Origin: Actinomycetota bacterium
GTDB lineage: Bacteria; Actinomycetota; Actinomycetes; JAKEEW01
Direction: 5' to 3'
DNA: 55,317 nucleotides
Assembly (NCBI GenBank): GCA_046725875.1
Contig: JBKOZJ010000102.1
Coordinates: 1 to 55,317 of the forward strand
Part shown: positions 32,219 to 41,657 of the stretch, piece by piece
Numbering within the stretch: position 1 is the stretch's first letter
Layout of the letters: every line of letters starts with the position of its first letter
Translations under genes and position numbers: made by a program
Notes under the pieces: generated by a model
What the model was told of the DNA's origin: nothing
The model's input: only the letters and a program-made list of their open reading frames with translations
Databases searched by the model: none

Positions 32219-33340
32219 ATGCTGGCCCGAATCGAGCTGCGCCGGATCGCCCTCGTACTCGCCGCCCCGGTACTCGCCATCATCTTCGCTGGAGTCCTCA
32301 CCTCGATTGTCTTGGTGATTGCCGGCAACTCACCCACTGCCGCCCTTCGCACCCTGATCGACTCGGCACAAAAGCCCCGGATCCAGGTCCAGATCCTGAA
32401 CCTCGCCACCCTCTACTACCTGTCGGCGATCGCGGTCGCCATCGGTTTCCGGATGAACCTTTTCAACATCGGGGTCGACGGGCAGTACCGGCTGGCGGCA
32501 CTCATCGCGGCGGCAGTTGGTGGCGCCATCACGCTGCCGGCTCCCCTGCATGTCGGCGTCATCTTGCTCACTGCGGTCGCGGTGGGCGCGGGGTGGGCCG
32601 GGATTGCCGGGCTGCTCAAGGTGACCCGAGGAGTGTCCGAGGTCATCTCGACGATCATGTTGAACACGATCGCGACCGCTCTGGGCGCATACCTCCTCAC
32701 CGAGCATTTCGCCCACCCGATCGCCGGCAGCAACAACATCGGCACGAAACCGATCCCCGCATCTGGTCAAGTGCCCGGTATCAGCCTGATCCCGGACGCA
32801 CCCAACAAGGTCTTCGGCCTGATCATCCTCGCCATCCTCGTCGGCATCGGGTACGCCGTCCTGCTCAACCGGACCAGGTTTGGATTCGACCTGCGGGCCA
32901 CCGGCCGGTCCGAGTCCGCCGCCGTCGCCAGCGGCGTGAACGTCAAGCGGATGGTGCTGATCACGATGCTGATCTCCGGCGGCGTCGCCGGGCTGGTCGG
33001 GATGCCACAGTTGCTCGGCGCCTCGTACTCGTACAGCCTCGACTTCCCGACGGGCATCGGCTTCACCGGCATCGCCATCGCGCTGCTCGGGCGGAACAAC
33101 CCGATCGGCATCGCGTTCGGCGCGCTGCTTTGGGGGTTCCTCGACGCGAGCTCGGTCTCCCTTGACCTGGAGGGGATCTCCAAGGAGATCGTCGTCATCA
33201 TGCAGGGAACGATCGTGCTGTCCGTTGTGGTGGCATATGAGCTCGTCCGCCGGTACGGGCTCGCCCAGGAGCAGCGGCGGGTAAGCCGGGAGCTGTCCGA
33301 CCGAACCGCCGCCGGCCAGCCCGAGGGAGCGCCCGCATGA
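32219..33340 (+). CDS. Nucleoside ABC transporter permease
   Basis: LFNIGVDGQY, GVSEVISTIMLN, GFDLRATG, GFTGIAIALLGRNNP. Confidence 0.94.
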   Translation: MLARIELRRIALVLAAPVLAIIFAGVLTSIVLVIAGNSPTAALRTLIDSAQKPRIQVQILNLATLYYLSAIAVAIGFRMNLFNIGVDGQYRLAALIAAAVGGAITLPAPLHVGVILLTAVAVGAGWAGIAGLLKVTRGVSEVISTIMLNTIATALGAYLLTEHFAHPIAGSNNIGTKPIPASGQVPGISLIPDAPNKVFGLIILAILVGIGYAVLLNRTRFGFDLRATGRSESAAVASGVNVKRMVLITMLISGGVAGLVGMPQLLGASYSYSLDFPTGIGFTGIAIALLGRNNPIGIAFGALLWGFLDASSVSLDLEGISKEIVVIMQGTIVLSVVVAYELVRRYGLAQEQRRVSRELSDRTAAGQPEGAPA

Positions 33341-34599
33341 GCGCGTCGGGTCTGACGGTCGGGGCACCAACGGAAGCCCGTCGTGCGGTCGCGTTCCGGC
33401 TGACCTGGCGCCTCGGACTCCTTGCGGTCGCTGCGCTCGTGCTACTCCTCTCGGTGGTACGCGAGATCACCGGGGTCAGCGACATCACGTCAAGCGGTCT
33501 GATCGGCGCGGCGCTCGCCGCGGCCGTTCCCATCGCGATGGCCGGGCTTGGCGGCCTTTGGTCGGAGCGGGCGGGCGTGGTCAACATCGGCCTCGAGGGG
33601 ATGATGATCCTCGGCACCTGGTTCGGCGCCTACGCGGCGTTCAACTGGGGACCGTGGTATGGCGTGGTCTTCGGCACGGTCGGGGGCGCAATCGGTGGGC
33701 TGCTTCACGCGATCGCGACCGTGACGTTCGGAGTGGATCACATCGTGTCGGGTGTGGCAATCAATATCCTCGCGCTGGGCGCCACCCGATACCTGTCGGC
33801 GTTGACGTTTGCGGAGTATCCCGGAGGCGGGGAGACCCAGTCGCCGCGCCTGCCCACAATCGACCGGGTAAGCATCCCCGGACTCGGAGATCCCCTCGCC
33901 GACCTCGAGCGCAAACAGTGGTTTCTTATCTCCGACCTGGCCGGCCTGGTCCGCGGGTTGACCGTGAACGTCTCCCAGCTGACCATCGTCGCCGCCATCC
34001 TGGTGGTCCTGTCGTTCTTCGTCCTGTGGCGCACGGCCTTCGGCCTCCGGCTGCGGTCGTGCGGGGAGAGCCCGGTTGCCGCCGAGAGCCTCGGCGTGAA
34101 CGTCTACTTCTACAAGTACGTCGCGGTGATGATCTCAGGTGGCCTCGCTGGTATAGGTGGCGCGTTTCTCTCGATCGTGGCCGGAAACCTCTACCGCGAA
34201 GGCCAGACGGCCGGGCGAGGCTTCATCGGCCTGGCCGCCATGATCTTCGGCAACTGGCGGCCGGGTGGAATGGCGGCGGGCGCTGGGCTCTTCGGCTATA
34301 CCGACGCACTCCAGCTGCGCAGCGGCGGTGCGGCCCTGCACGCGCTACTGCTCCTCCTTGCACTGCTGCTGCTCGCCGTGGCGGCCTGGCAGCTTTACCG
34401 GAGCAGACAGCGGGCGGCGATCATGACCGGTGCGGTGGGGGCAGCGATCCTGGTCATCTACCTGGCAACCGACACCGTGCCTCAGGAGTTCAACCAGGCC
34501 ACGCCGCACGTGACGACGCTGCTCGTACTTGCGCTCGCGGCCCAACGCCTGCGAATGCCCGCAGCCGATGGGCTGCCCTACCGTCGAGGTGGCGGGTGA
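33337..34599 (+). CDS. Nucleoside ABC transporter permease
   Basis: SERAGVVNIGLEGMM, VDHIVSGVAIN, GLRLRSCGE, GRGFIGLAAMIFGNW; ATGA overlap. Confidence 0.94.
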   Translation: MSASGLTVGAPTEARRAVAFRLTWRLGLLAVAALVLLLSVVREITGVSDITSSGLIGAALAAAVPIAMAGLGGLWSERAGVVNIGLEGMMILGTWFGAYAAFNWGPWYGVVFGTVGGAIGGLLHAIATVTFGVDHIVSGVAINILALGATRYLSALTFAEYPGGGETQSPRLPTIDRVSIPGLGDPLADLERKQWFLISDLAGLVRGLTVNVSQLTIVAAILVVLSFFVLWRTAFGLRLRSCGESPVAAESLGVNVYFYKYVAVMISGGLAGIGGAFLSIVAGNLYREGQTAGRGFIGLAAMIFGNWRPGGMAAGAGLFGYTDALQLRSGGAALHALLLLLALLLLAVAAWQLYRSRQRAAIMTGAVGAAILVIYLATDTVPQEFNQATPHVTTLLVLALAAQRLRMPAADGLPYRRGGG

Positions 34600-35009
34600 C
34601 GGATCGACCTGGGACGAACTCCGTCGACTGGGCCCGGCTGCGTTCCGCCGCCACGGAGGCGATGCAGCACGCATACGCTCCGTACTCCAATTTCCCGGTA
34701 GGCGCGGCCGGCTTCGTCGAGGACGGTCGCGTGGTCGTCGGCTGCAACGTCGAGAACGCCTCCTACGGGGTCGGGCTGTGCGCCGAGTGCGGTCTTGTGT
34801 CCGCGCTGCACGCCAGCGGGGGCGGACGGCTCGTCGCCGTCGTGTGCGTAGACCGCGCGGGGGTGCCGCTGATGCCGTGCGGGCGGTGCCGCCAGCTCCT
34901 GTGGGAGAACGGCGGGCCGGACTGTTTGATCGAGACGACCCACGGCGTCCGCCCCATGCGCGAGGTCCTTCCCGATGCATTCGATGCCGATGACCTCGCC
35001 AGTCGCTGA
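34596..35009 (+). CDS. cdd: Cytidine deaminase
   Basis: AYAPYSNFPVGAA, GCNVENASYG, CAE and PCGRCRQ zinc motifs; GTGA overlap. Confidence 0.96.
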   Translation: MTDRPGTNSVDWARLRSAATEAMQHAYAPYSNFPVGAAGFVEDGRVVVGCNVENASYGVGLCAECGLVSALHASGGGRLVAVVCVDRAGVPLMPCGRCRQLLWENGGPDCLIETTHGVRPMREVLPDAFDADDLASR

Positions 35010-35124
35010 GCTTGGGCGTTCGGCGCCGGTCGCGGAGAGTTACGGCGTGGGATGGGTGAAGTCGGGCAGGTGACGTACGTTGGACAACCAACAGGTGGGC
35101 GAGCCGCGCTGAAAGGGTCGAATC

Positions 35125-35991
35125 GTGGAGCTACTCATCATCGTGTTGATCGTCGGGGCGGCGGTGTGGGCGTTCAGCGCGTGGTCAACGCGGCGTCGGC
35201 GCCAGGAGGAGGAGGCGGCGTCCCTGGCCGCGGTTCGCGGGACCACGGGAGAGGACGTGACGAGACTCGGCGAGGACGTCGCCGCCTTGGACACGGCGAC
35301 TGCGGGAACGGCCCTCGACGAGGCGACCACCCAGGACTACCGGCGGGCGCTGGACGCGTATGACAGCGCGAAGTCGGCCCTGGAGCGGATGCAGCGCCCG
35401 GAGGACGCCCGAGCGGTCACCGAGGCTTTGGAGGACGGCCGGTACGCGGTGGCGTGCGTGCGTGCCCGGCTCGCCGGCGAGCCGATCCCGGTCCGGCGGC
35501 CCCCGTGTTTCTTCAACCCTCAGCACGGTCCGTCCACCGAGGACGTGGAATGGGCGCCGCCCGGTGGGCTGCCTCGCCAGGTGCCGGTCTGCGCGGCCGA
35601 CGCCGAGCGGGTAAAGCTTGGAGCCGAGCCCGACACGAGGAAGGTGCTGGTCGGCAACGCACGCCGGCCCTACTGGGAGGCGGGTCCCGCTTACAGCCCG
35701 TGGGCGCAGGGATACTTCGGCGGCTATGCGATGTCCGGGCTGCTGCCGGGCGTTCTGCTCGGCGCCGTGCTCGGCTCGTCCTTCGGAGGCTGGGACGGCG
35801 GATACGAGGGATCGGGTGACGATGGAGACGGCGGCGATGGCGGGGACGCCGGCGATGGCGGCGAGAGCGGCGACGGTGGCGCCGACTCCAGCGCGAGCGA
35901 CTCCGGCGGTGACTGGGGTGGCGGCGGCGACGGCGGTTGGGGCGGTGACTTCGGCGGCGGCGACTTCGGCGGCGGTGACTTCGGCGGGTAG
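35125..35991 (+). CDS. Uncharacterised membrane-anchored protein with Gly/Asp-rich tail
   Basis: N-terminal TM helix, helical region, RRPPCFFNPQHGPS..VPVCAADA motif, terminal GGDFG repeats; strong GC3 bias. Confidence 0.85.
   Translation: MELLIIVLIVGAAVWAFSAWSTRRRRQEEEAASLAAVRGTTGEDVTRLGEDVAALDTATAGTALDEATTQDYRRALDAYDSAKSALERMQRPEDARAVTEALEDGRYAVACVRARLAGEPIPVRRPPCFFNPQHGPSTEDVEWAPPGGLPRQVPVCAADAERVKLGAEPDTRKVLVGNARRPYWEAGPAYSPWAQGYFGGYAMSGLLPGVLLGAVLGSSFGGWDGGYEGSGDDGDGGDGGDAGDGGESGDGGADSSASDSGGDWGGGGDGGWGGDFGGGDFGGGDFGG
35941..35988 (+). repeat. 15-bp coding tandem repeat (GGDFG)x3
   Basis: GGCGG(T/C)GACTTCGGC repeated three times before the stop. Confidence 0.8.
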
Positions 35992-36045
35992 CCCGCGTCC
36001 GCAAATCGCGGGGACGAAGCCGATTCCCGCCGTCACATTGGTTCT

Positions 36046-36108
36046 TGATCGCTGAAAGGTGGATCGTAGTATCCGCGATCGGACACTCTGATCCACATTT
36101 GGCGATCA
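36046..36108. repeat. GATC-bounded imperfect palindrome, REP-like
   Basis: TGATCGCTGAAAGGTGGATCGTAGTATCCG pairs with CGGACACTCTGATCCACATTTGGCGATCA. Confidence 0.7.
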
Positions 36109-36148
36109 CGGGGGAACCTGGGCCGTCTGGTAGTGGCAGCATGACCGC

Positions 36149-37438
36149 GTGGATGCCATCGACGTCATCATCACCAAGCGCGACGGCGGTGTGCTGTCGG
36201 GCGACCAGATCGACTGGGTGATCGACGCCTATACCCGGGGCGGCGTTGTCGCGGACGAGCAGATGTCCGCCTTGCTCATGGCGATCTTGCTCAACGGGAT
36301 GACGCCGGCCGAGCTTGGCCGGTGGACGGACGCGATGATCCGATCCGGAGTACGGCTGGACTGGTCGATGCTGGATCGGCGGACCACGGACAAGCACTCC
36401 ACCGGCGGCGTTGGCGACAAGATCACGCTTCCGCTTGCGCCAACGGTCGCCGCGTGTGGTGCCGCCGTACCCCAGCTGTCCGGCCGGGGCCTGGGACACA
36501 CCGGCGGGACACTCGACAAGCTCGAGTCGATTCCCGGCTGGCGGGCCTCGCTCTCCAGCGCGGAAATGCTCGCGATCCTCCAGGATGTGGGCGCGGTCGT
36601 CTGCGCGGCCGGCGCGGGTCTCGCACCGGCCGATCGCAAGCTCTATGCGCTGCGCGACGTCACCGGGACGGTCGAGTCGATCCCATTGATCGCCAGCTCG
36701 ATCATGAGCAAGAAGATCGCCGAGGGGACCGGAGCGTTGGCGCTCGACGTCAAGGTCGGCTCCGGCGCATTCATGAAGACCGAGCAGGATGCCCGCGAAC
36801 TCGCCGAAACGATGGTCGGGCTGGGCTCCACGGCGGGTGTCAAGACGGTTGCGCTGCTCACGGCGATGGACACGCCCCTGGGGCTGACCGCGGGAAACGC
36901 GCTAGAGGTACGCGAGTCGCTCGAGGTGCTTGCCGGCGGTGGCCCTGCCGACGTCGTCGAGCTGACGGTCACCCTCGGGCGGGAGATGCTCGCGGCCGTT
37001 GGGCTCGACGGCAAGGATCCGGCGGATGCGCTGAAGGACGGCTCGGCAATGGATACCTGGCGTCGCATGATCAGGGCACAGGGCGGGAACCCAGAGGCCG
37101 AGTTGCCCACGGCTCGCGAGACATCGATCGTGCCGGCCGACTCCGACGGCGTTCTGCAGCGCCTGGATGCCTACTCCATCGGCGTCGCGGCTTGGCGGCT
37201 CGGCGCAGGTCGCTCCCGAAAAGAGGACCCTGTGCAGGCCGGCGCCGGTTTGGAGCTGCATGCCAAGCCAGGCGACCGAGTCCGTGCCGGCCAGCCGCTG
37301 CTCACCCTGCATACCGACGACCCGGACCGTTTCGAGCGGGCGACCGAAGCGCTGCGCGGCGCATACACCATCGGCCCGGAGCCAGCCGTACCGAGCCGCC
37401 TAGTCCTCGACCGCATCACCCACGCAGGCGGTACTTAA
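36149..37438 (+). CDS. deoA: Thymidine / pyrimidine-nucleoside phosphorylase
   Basis: KRDG, DKHSTGGVGDK, SGRGLGHTGGTLDKLE, YALRDVTGTV, SIMSKKIAEG, DVKVGSGAFMK. Confidence 0.97.
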   Translation: MDAIDVIITKRDGGVLSGDQIDWVIDAYTRGGVVADEQMSALLMAILLNGMTPAELGRWTDAMIRSGVRLDWSMLDRRTTDKHSTGGVGDKITLPLAPTVAACGAAVPQLSGRGLGHTGGTLDKLESIPGWRASLSSAEMLAILQDVGAVVCAAGAGLAPADRKLYALRDVTGTVESIPLIASSIMSKKIAEGTGALALDVKVGSGAFMKTEQDARELAETMVGLGSTAGVKTVALLTAMDTPLGLTAGNALEVRESLEVLAGGGPADVVELTVTLGREMLAAVGLDGKDPADALKDGSAMDTWRRMIRAQGGNPEAELPTARETSIVPADSDGVLQRLDAYSIGVAAWRLGAGRSRKEDPVQAGAGLELHAKPGDRVRAGQPLLTLHTDDPDRFERATEALRGAYTIGPEPAVPSRLVLDRITHAGGT

Positions 37439-37527
37439 CCGACCAGCCGTGGCATTTGACGTCCGGTTCTTTCAGACCGCGCAGCCCGCGGCGGTGGTCA
37501 GAAGCCGGCGTCCCGTAGGTTTGCGGT

Positions 37528-37884
37528 ATGCCTCAATTTGTTGCATCGGCGACACGGATTCCGGTGCCCGGAGGGAAGGTTATCGACGAATACGTCGGTC
37601 GAGTGAACACGGGCACGGAGAACGTGAGCGTCGCGCGGATGCTCTCGCCGGGCGGTTGGACCGAGCCGGCACAGATACCAGAGTTCGACGAAGTGACCGT
37701 CGTCCTCCAGGGCCGCCTTCGGGTCGAGCACGCGGGTGGGGTGCTCGACGTACGAGCAGGACAGGCGGTGCGCGCCCGAGCCGGCGAACGCGTCCGATAC
37801 TCAACTCCCGAGCCCGAGGGTGCGGAGTATTTCGCGATCTGCCTGCCCGCCTTCAGCCCGGACCTGGCTCACCGGGAGGGTTGA
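37528..37884 (+). CDS. Cupin domain protein
   Basis: GGKVIDEYVGRVN, SVARM, WTEPAQIPEFDE, ERVRYSTP, ICLPAFSPD; TAGGTT -10 six nt before ATG. Confidence 0.88.
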   Translation: MPQFVASATRIPVPGGKVIDEYVGRVNTGTENVSVARMLSPGGWTEPAQIPEFDEVTVVLQGRLRVEHAGGVLDVRAGQAVRARAGERVRYSTPEPEGAEYFAICLPAFSPDLAHREG

Positions 37885-37911
37885 TGCCCAGGTCCTTGGT
37901 GGGTGTGTTAT

Positions 37912-38006
37912 GCGCCGTGGTTCGGCTTTACGCGCGATGCGGCCGCCCAGAAGCGACGAAACCGGCATCAGACTAGCCACCTCGCGCGGAAGCCGCGATT
38001 ACGCGC
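37912..38006. terminator. Long imperfect hairpin between convergent genes
   Basis: CGGCTTTACGCGCGA (37923-37937) pairs with TCGCGCGGAAGCCG (37982-37995), with weaker outer and inner pairing. Confidence 0.45.
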
Positions 38007-38043
38007 GGACAGCTCGGCGGGGGCGCGCGCCGGGAATGAGGTC

Positions 38044-38787
38044 CTACGCCCACATGGGCAGGTGAAGGAGCTCGATGGGCGTTTCGTTGAACTCGGCGTG
38101 CAAGCCGGCGTTCGCCTGGTCGACCCGGCCGGTCAGCCAGGCGTAGACGGCCCATGGTTGCCCCGTGAGAATCATCGGCGACGCATCATCCGGGCCATAC
38201 TTCCCCTCGTAACCCACAACCCTCAACAAGACGGAAAGATCCGGCGGTAGGCGGTCCGGCAAGCGGCGCAGCTCACCCGGCAGGTACTCGGTGATGAACT
38301 CATCCGGCCAGTTTGCGGGGTTGTAGACCAGGCCCAGGTCGCTGTGATGGATTTCCACCTCCCGCCATCGGCTCCAGATGGTCCGGGCGGCCGGCTGCTC
38401 GCCAATTGCCAGGAAGCGCACCGGCCGTTGCCACGCCTCCACGGGCATCCGCTCCGCGGTCTCGTCCAGCGCCTGCCCGGTCTTCCGTACGTCCTCGACG
38501 AGCTCTGCTACCGGAGCCTTCGCGCTCGCCTCGATCTCCGCGTTCCTGGCGTCGGACCCACCCGGATACTGGTCGGCGATCTCGCCGCCCATCGCCGCGG
38601 TCATCAACCGGCTCAACGCCTCGGCGTTGCGGGCCAGATGCGCGAGCACGTGGGCACGGCTCCAGCCGGGCAACATCGACCGCTTCCTGATGGCGTCCTC
38701 GTCCAGCGTCGACAACGTCCGGTCGAGCCGTGTATGGCTTTCGCGGGTCATCGCGGTGAGCTTCGGTATGTCGTACTCGCGCGCCAT
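38044..38787 (-). CDS. Maleylpyruvate isomerase family mycothiol-dependent enzyme (DinB superfamily)
   Basis: SMLPGWSRAHVLAHLARNAE and RWREVEIHHSDLG metal-binding motifs; C-terminal WLTGR. Confidence 0.9.
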   Translation of the reverse strand: MAREYDIPKLTAMTRESHTRLDRTLSTLDEDAIRKRSMLPGWSRAHVLAHLARNAEALSRLMTAAMGGEIADQYPGGSDARNAEIEASAKAPVAELVEDVRKTGQALDETAERMPVEAWQRPVRFLAIGEQPAARTIWSRWREVEIHHSDLGLVYNPANWPDEFITEYLPGELRRLPDRLPPDLSVLLRVVGYEGKYGPDDASPMILTGQPWAVYAWLTGRVDQANAGLHAEFNETPIELLHLPMWA

Positions 38788-38943
38788 CGCACGTACCCCC
38801 TTAGAGGGTCGCCGTTCAGAGAGGCCGATCTTGCCTTATAGCAGAGTGTGTCGGTAATCATGGTCCACGCGCTAGCCACCCTTGCGGATCTCGGCAGGCT
38901 CTCGCCCGGGCCGCCGGCCTCAGAGGTCCTACCGTTGCTAGTT

Positions 38944-40095
38944 ATGAGCCAGCTGCCCACCCGGGACGAGATCAAGCGCGCTCCGAAGGTCCTCCTGCAC
39001 GACCATCTCGACGGTGGCCTGCGGCCGGCGTCGATCGTCGAACTCGCGGTCGAGACCGGTTATCACGCCCTGCCAACTGCTGATGCCGAGGAGCTAACCC
39101 GCTGGTTCGTTGCGGCCGCGGACTCCGGCTCGCTGGAGCGCTATCTAGAGACCTTCGCGCACACGATCGGGGTGATGCAGACGCCGGACGCACTGTCCCG
39201 GGTGGCTGCCGAGTGCGCCGAGGATCTCGCTGCGGACGGAGTCGTCTACGCGGAGGTGCGCTTCGCACCCGAGTTGCACGTCGAGCGCGGCTTGACGCTC
39301 GACGAGGTCGTCGCCGCGGTCCTCGATGGCTTTGAGGAAGGCGAGCGGCGGGCGGCCGCCGCCGGGTATCCGATCCGGATCGGAGCCTTGCTCACCGCCA
39401 TGCGGACCGCCGCAAGGTCTCAGGAGATCGCCGAGCTGTCGGTGCGGTTCCGGGACGCCGGCGTGGTGGGCTTTGATATCGCCGGCGCCGAGGCGGGCTA
39501 TCCCCCGACCCGGCACCTCGACGCGTTCGAGTACGTGAAGCGCGAGAACTTCCACCTCACCATCCACGCCGGCGAAGCATTCGGCCTTCCCTCGATCTGG
39601 CAGGCGATCCAATGGTGTGGCGCCGACCGCCTCGGACACGGGGTACGAATCATCGACGACATCACCGCGCCGGACGGCCCCTACGGCGAGGTCAAGCTGG
39701 GCCGGCTGGCGGCATATGTGCGAGACAAACGCCTACCGCTCGAGATGTGTCCCACATCGAATGTGCAGACCGGAGCTGCCCCATCGGTGGCCGCGCATCC
39801 GATCGGGCTGCTGCGCCGGCTCTACTTCCGCGTGACAGTGAACACCGACAACCGCCTGATGAGCGGTACGTCGATGTCGCACGAGTTCGAGCAGCTCGTG
39901 GCCGGCTTCGGGTACGGCCTCGACGACCTCCAATGGTTCACCGTGAACGCGATGAAGTCGGCGTTCATCCCGTTCGACGCCCGCCTCGCGCTGATCAACG
40001 ATGTGATCAAGCCGCGCTACGCGGATCTGAAGGCGGCGGCGGCGTTTGCGGCGGCCGGACCTTCGACTCATCCGGCATCAGCACCCAGAGGATGA
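38944..40095 (+). CDS. add: Adenosine deaminase
   Basis: [65 protein letters not shown]38944 follows TACCGT. Confidence 0.96.
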   Translation: MSQLPTRDEIKRAPKVLLHDHLDGGLRPASIVELAVETGYHALPTADAEELTRWFVAAADSGSLERYLETFAHTIGVMQTPDALSRVAAECAEDLAADGVVYAEVRFAPELHVERGLTLDEVVAAVLDGFEEGERRAAAAGYPIRIGALLTAMRTAARSQEIAELSVRFRDAGVVGFDIAGAEAGYPPTRHLDAFEYVKRENFHLTIHAGEAFGLPSIWQAIQWCGADRLGHGVRIIDDITAPDGPYGEVKLGRLAAYVRDKRLPLEMCPTSNVQTGAAPSVAAHPIGLLRRLYFRVTVNTDNRLMSGTSMSHEFEQLVAGFGYGLDDLQWFTVNAMKSAFIPFDARLALINDVIKPRYADLKAAAAFAAAGPSTHPASAPRG

Positions 40096-40243
40096 TGTAC
40101 GCCAAGATCGACGAGCCGGGCAGGAACAGGAAGAGGATCGCCAGGAACCGAAAGAAGTTCGGCGAGATGTCGAACCGCCGACCCAAGCCGGCGCATACGC
40201 CGGCGATCATCCGCCCCTCGTGCGGTCGGTAGAAAGTGTTCAT
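40007..40243 (-). CDS. PspC domain-containing protein
   Basis: [46 protein letters not shown] -10. Confidence 0.9.
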   Translation of the reverse strand: MNTFYRPHEGRMIAGVCAGLGRRFDISPNFFRFLAILFLFLPGSSILAYIILWVLMPDESKVRPPQTPPPPSDPRSAA

Positions 40244-40309
40244 CAGTTACCTCCTCCCACCACGCTAAGAGCCATTCGGCCGAAGAGGTCCGAACTGCGG
40301 CCGATTTCC

Positions 40310-40348
40310 GGGTGGCTCCCTGACAGATTCAGGGGTCCCGAGCCACCC
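40310..40348. promoter_or_regulatory. Inverted repeat between dinB stop and pspC promoter (terminator and/or operator)
   Basis: GGGTGGCTC-CCTGA-CAGAT-TCAGG-GGTCCC-GAGCCACCC. Confidence 0.45.
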
Positions 40349-40356
40349 ATCCGTCG

Positions 40357-41415
40357 TTATCTCGATTCATCGATCTTCCCAGAGTCCGCTGCGGGATCCG
40401 CGAACTCGGCGCGGACGCCGACAAGGCGAACCGGACGCCGGTCGGTGAAATGTTCGAGAGCGGCGTGGGCGGCCTCCTCGATCTGTTCCGCCTCCAAAGT
40501 CGGGGTGGTGAGCGACCGGCCGTGAGTACTCGTAAAGAACGGGGCGAACCGGACCTTTACCACGACCCGGGCGGCCGGCCGCTGCTCGGCGGCGACGTCC
40601 GCGGCCACCTGGCGGGCTAGCTGGCCGACCGCACGCTCGACATCCGTCCAGTCCGTCAGGTTCTGCTGGAAGGTGACCTCGCGACCACGGGACCGCGCGA
40701 GGTAGGGCTGGTCGGTCACGGCCGAGACGCCCCGGCCGCGGGCGAGGCGGATCAGCCACGGGCCGATTGTTGGCCCGAAGGCCTTGGCGAGCATCTCTCG
40801 GTCTGCCGACGCGAGCTCATTAACCGAGGTGACCCCGAGCAATCCAAGTCGCTTCGCCGTCTTGGAGCCGATCCCCCACAGCGCCTCGGGCGGCTTGTCG
40901 CCGAGCACGGTGAACCAGGTTCCATCGGTGAGCCGGAACACCCCGGCCGGCTTTCCGTAACCCGTGGCGAGCTTGGCCTGCAGCTTGTTCTGGCCGATGC
41001 CGACAGTGCATTCCAGCTGGGTCGAACTCCGCACGCGTTCTTGTATCTCGCGGGCCAGAGCTTCCGGATCATCGGTCTGGACGCCGAGGAAGGCCTCGTC
41101 CCAGCCGAGTACCTCGACAACTGCGTCGAACTCCCGCAGGGCTGCCATCACGTCCGCCGACGCCGCCTCATAAGCGTCCTTGTCGACCGGCAGGAAGACC
41201 GCATCCGGGCAGCGCCGCGCGGCGGTACGCAGCGGAAGGCCGGACTGTACGCCGAACGCTCGCGCCTCATATGAAGCCGTGCTCACCACCCCACGCTTCG
41301 TCGGGTCACCGTCCCCGCCGACCACGACCGGCCGGCCGCGCAGCTCCGGACGCCGCAAGATCTCGACCGCCGCGATGAACTGATCGAGATCCACGTGCAG
41401 CACCCACCGAGCCAC
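40357..41415 (-). CDS. dinB: DNA polymerase IV (Y family)
   Basis: LHVDLDQFIAAVE, VVSTASYEAR, GWDEAFL, KLQAKLA..KP, LWGIGSKT, VRLVGVRA; GGAGG before GTG. Confidence 0.95.
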   Translation of the reverse strand: MARWVLHVDLDQFIAAVEILRRPELRGRPVVVGGDGDPTKRGVVSTASYEARAFGVQSGLPLRTAARRCPDAVFLPVDKDAYEAASADVMAALREFDAVVEVLGWDEAFLGVQTDDPEALAREIQERVRSSTQLECTVGIGQNKLQAKLATGYGKPAGVFRLTDGTWFTVLGDKPPEALWGIGSKTAKRLGLLGVTSVNELASADREMLAKAFGPTIGPWLIRLARGRGVSAVTDQPYLARSRGREVTFQQNLTDWTDVERAVGQLARQVAADVAAEQRPAARVVVKVRFAPFFTSTHGRSLTTPTLEAEQIEEAAHAALEHFTDRRPVRLVGVRAEFADPAADSGKIDESR

Positions 41416-41459
41416 CCTCCAATTGTTCCGGCCACCCCCGTCAAGCACTGTCAGGTTGT

Positions 41460-41650
41460 GCCAGGACAGCAGGTCCGGGAGGGGCAGGCGGTCCGGTTGG
41501 CAGGGACCTTCTCGCGCGGCTGGCGGACCTGCCCGAGCTGTCCGCCGTGGTACCGGTGCGGACCACCCACGGCATGGTGGCGGGCACCCCGGCGGGCGTC
41601 ACTGGCGTGGACCTTGTGGCCTTCACCCGCGTGCGGGGCCCTAGAGCGTT
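41460..41650 (+). pseudogene. Possible remnant of an FtsX-like ABC permease gene
   Basis: Frame reading GGPVGRDLLARLADLPELSAVVPVRTTHGMVAGTPAGVTGVDLVAFTRV, with coding-like GC3 but no credible start; runs head-on into the ALDH stop. Confidence 0.3.
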
Positions 41651-41657
41651 CGGACGG

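Noticed and set aside
33558..34595. 483-aa cytidine deaminase
   Set aside because: The upstream part is an off-frame shadow of the permease; GTG34596 overlaps the permease stop.
41416..41500. SOS box upstream of dinB
   Set aside because: No TCGAAC-N4-GTTCGA match found.
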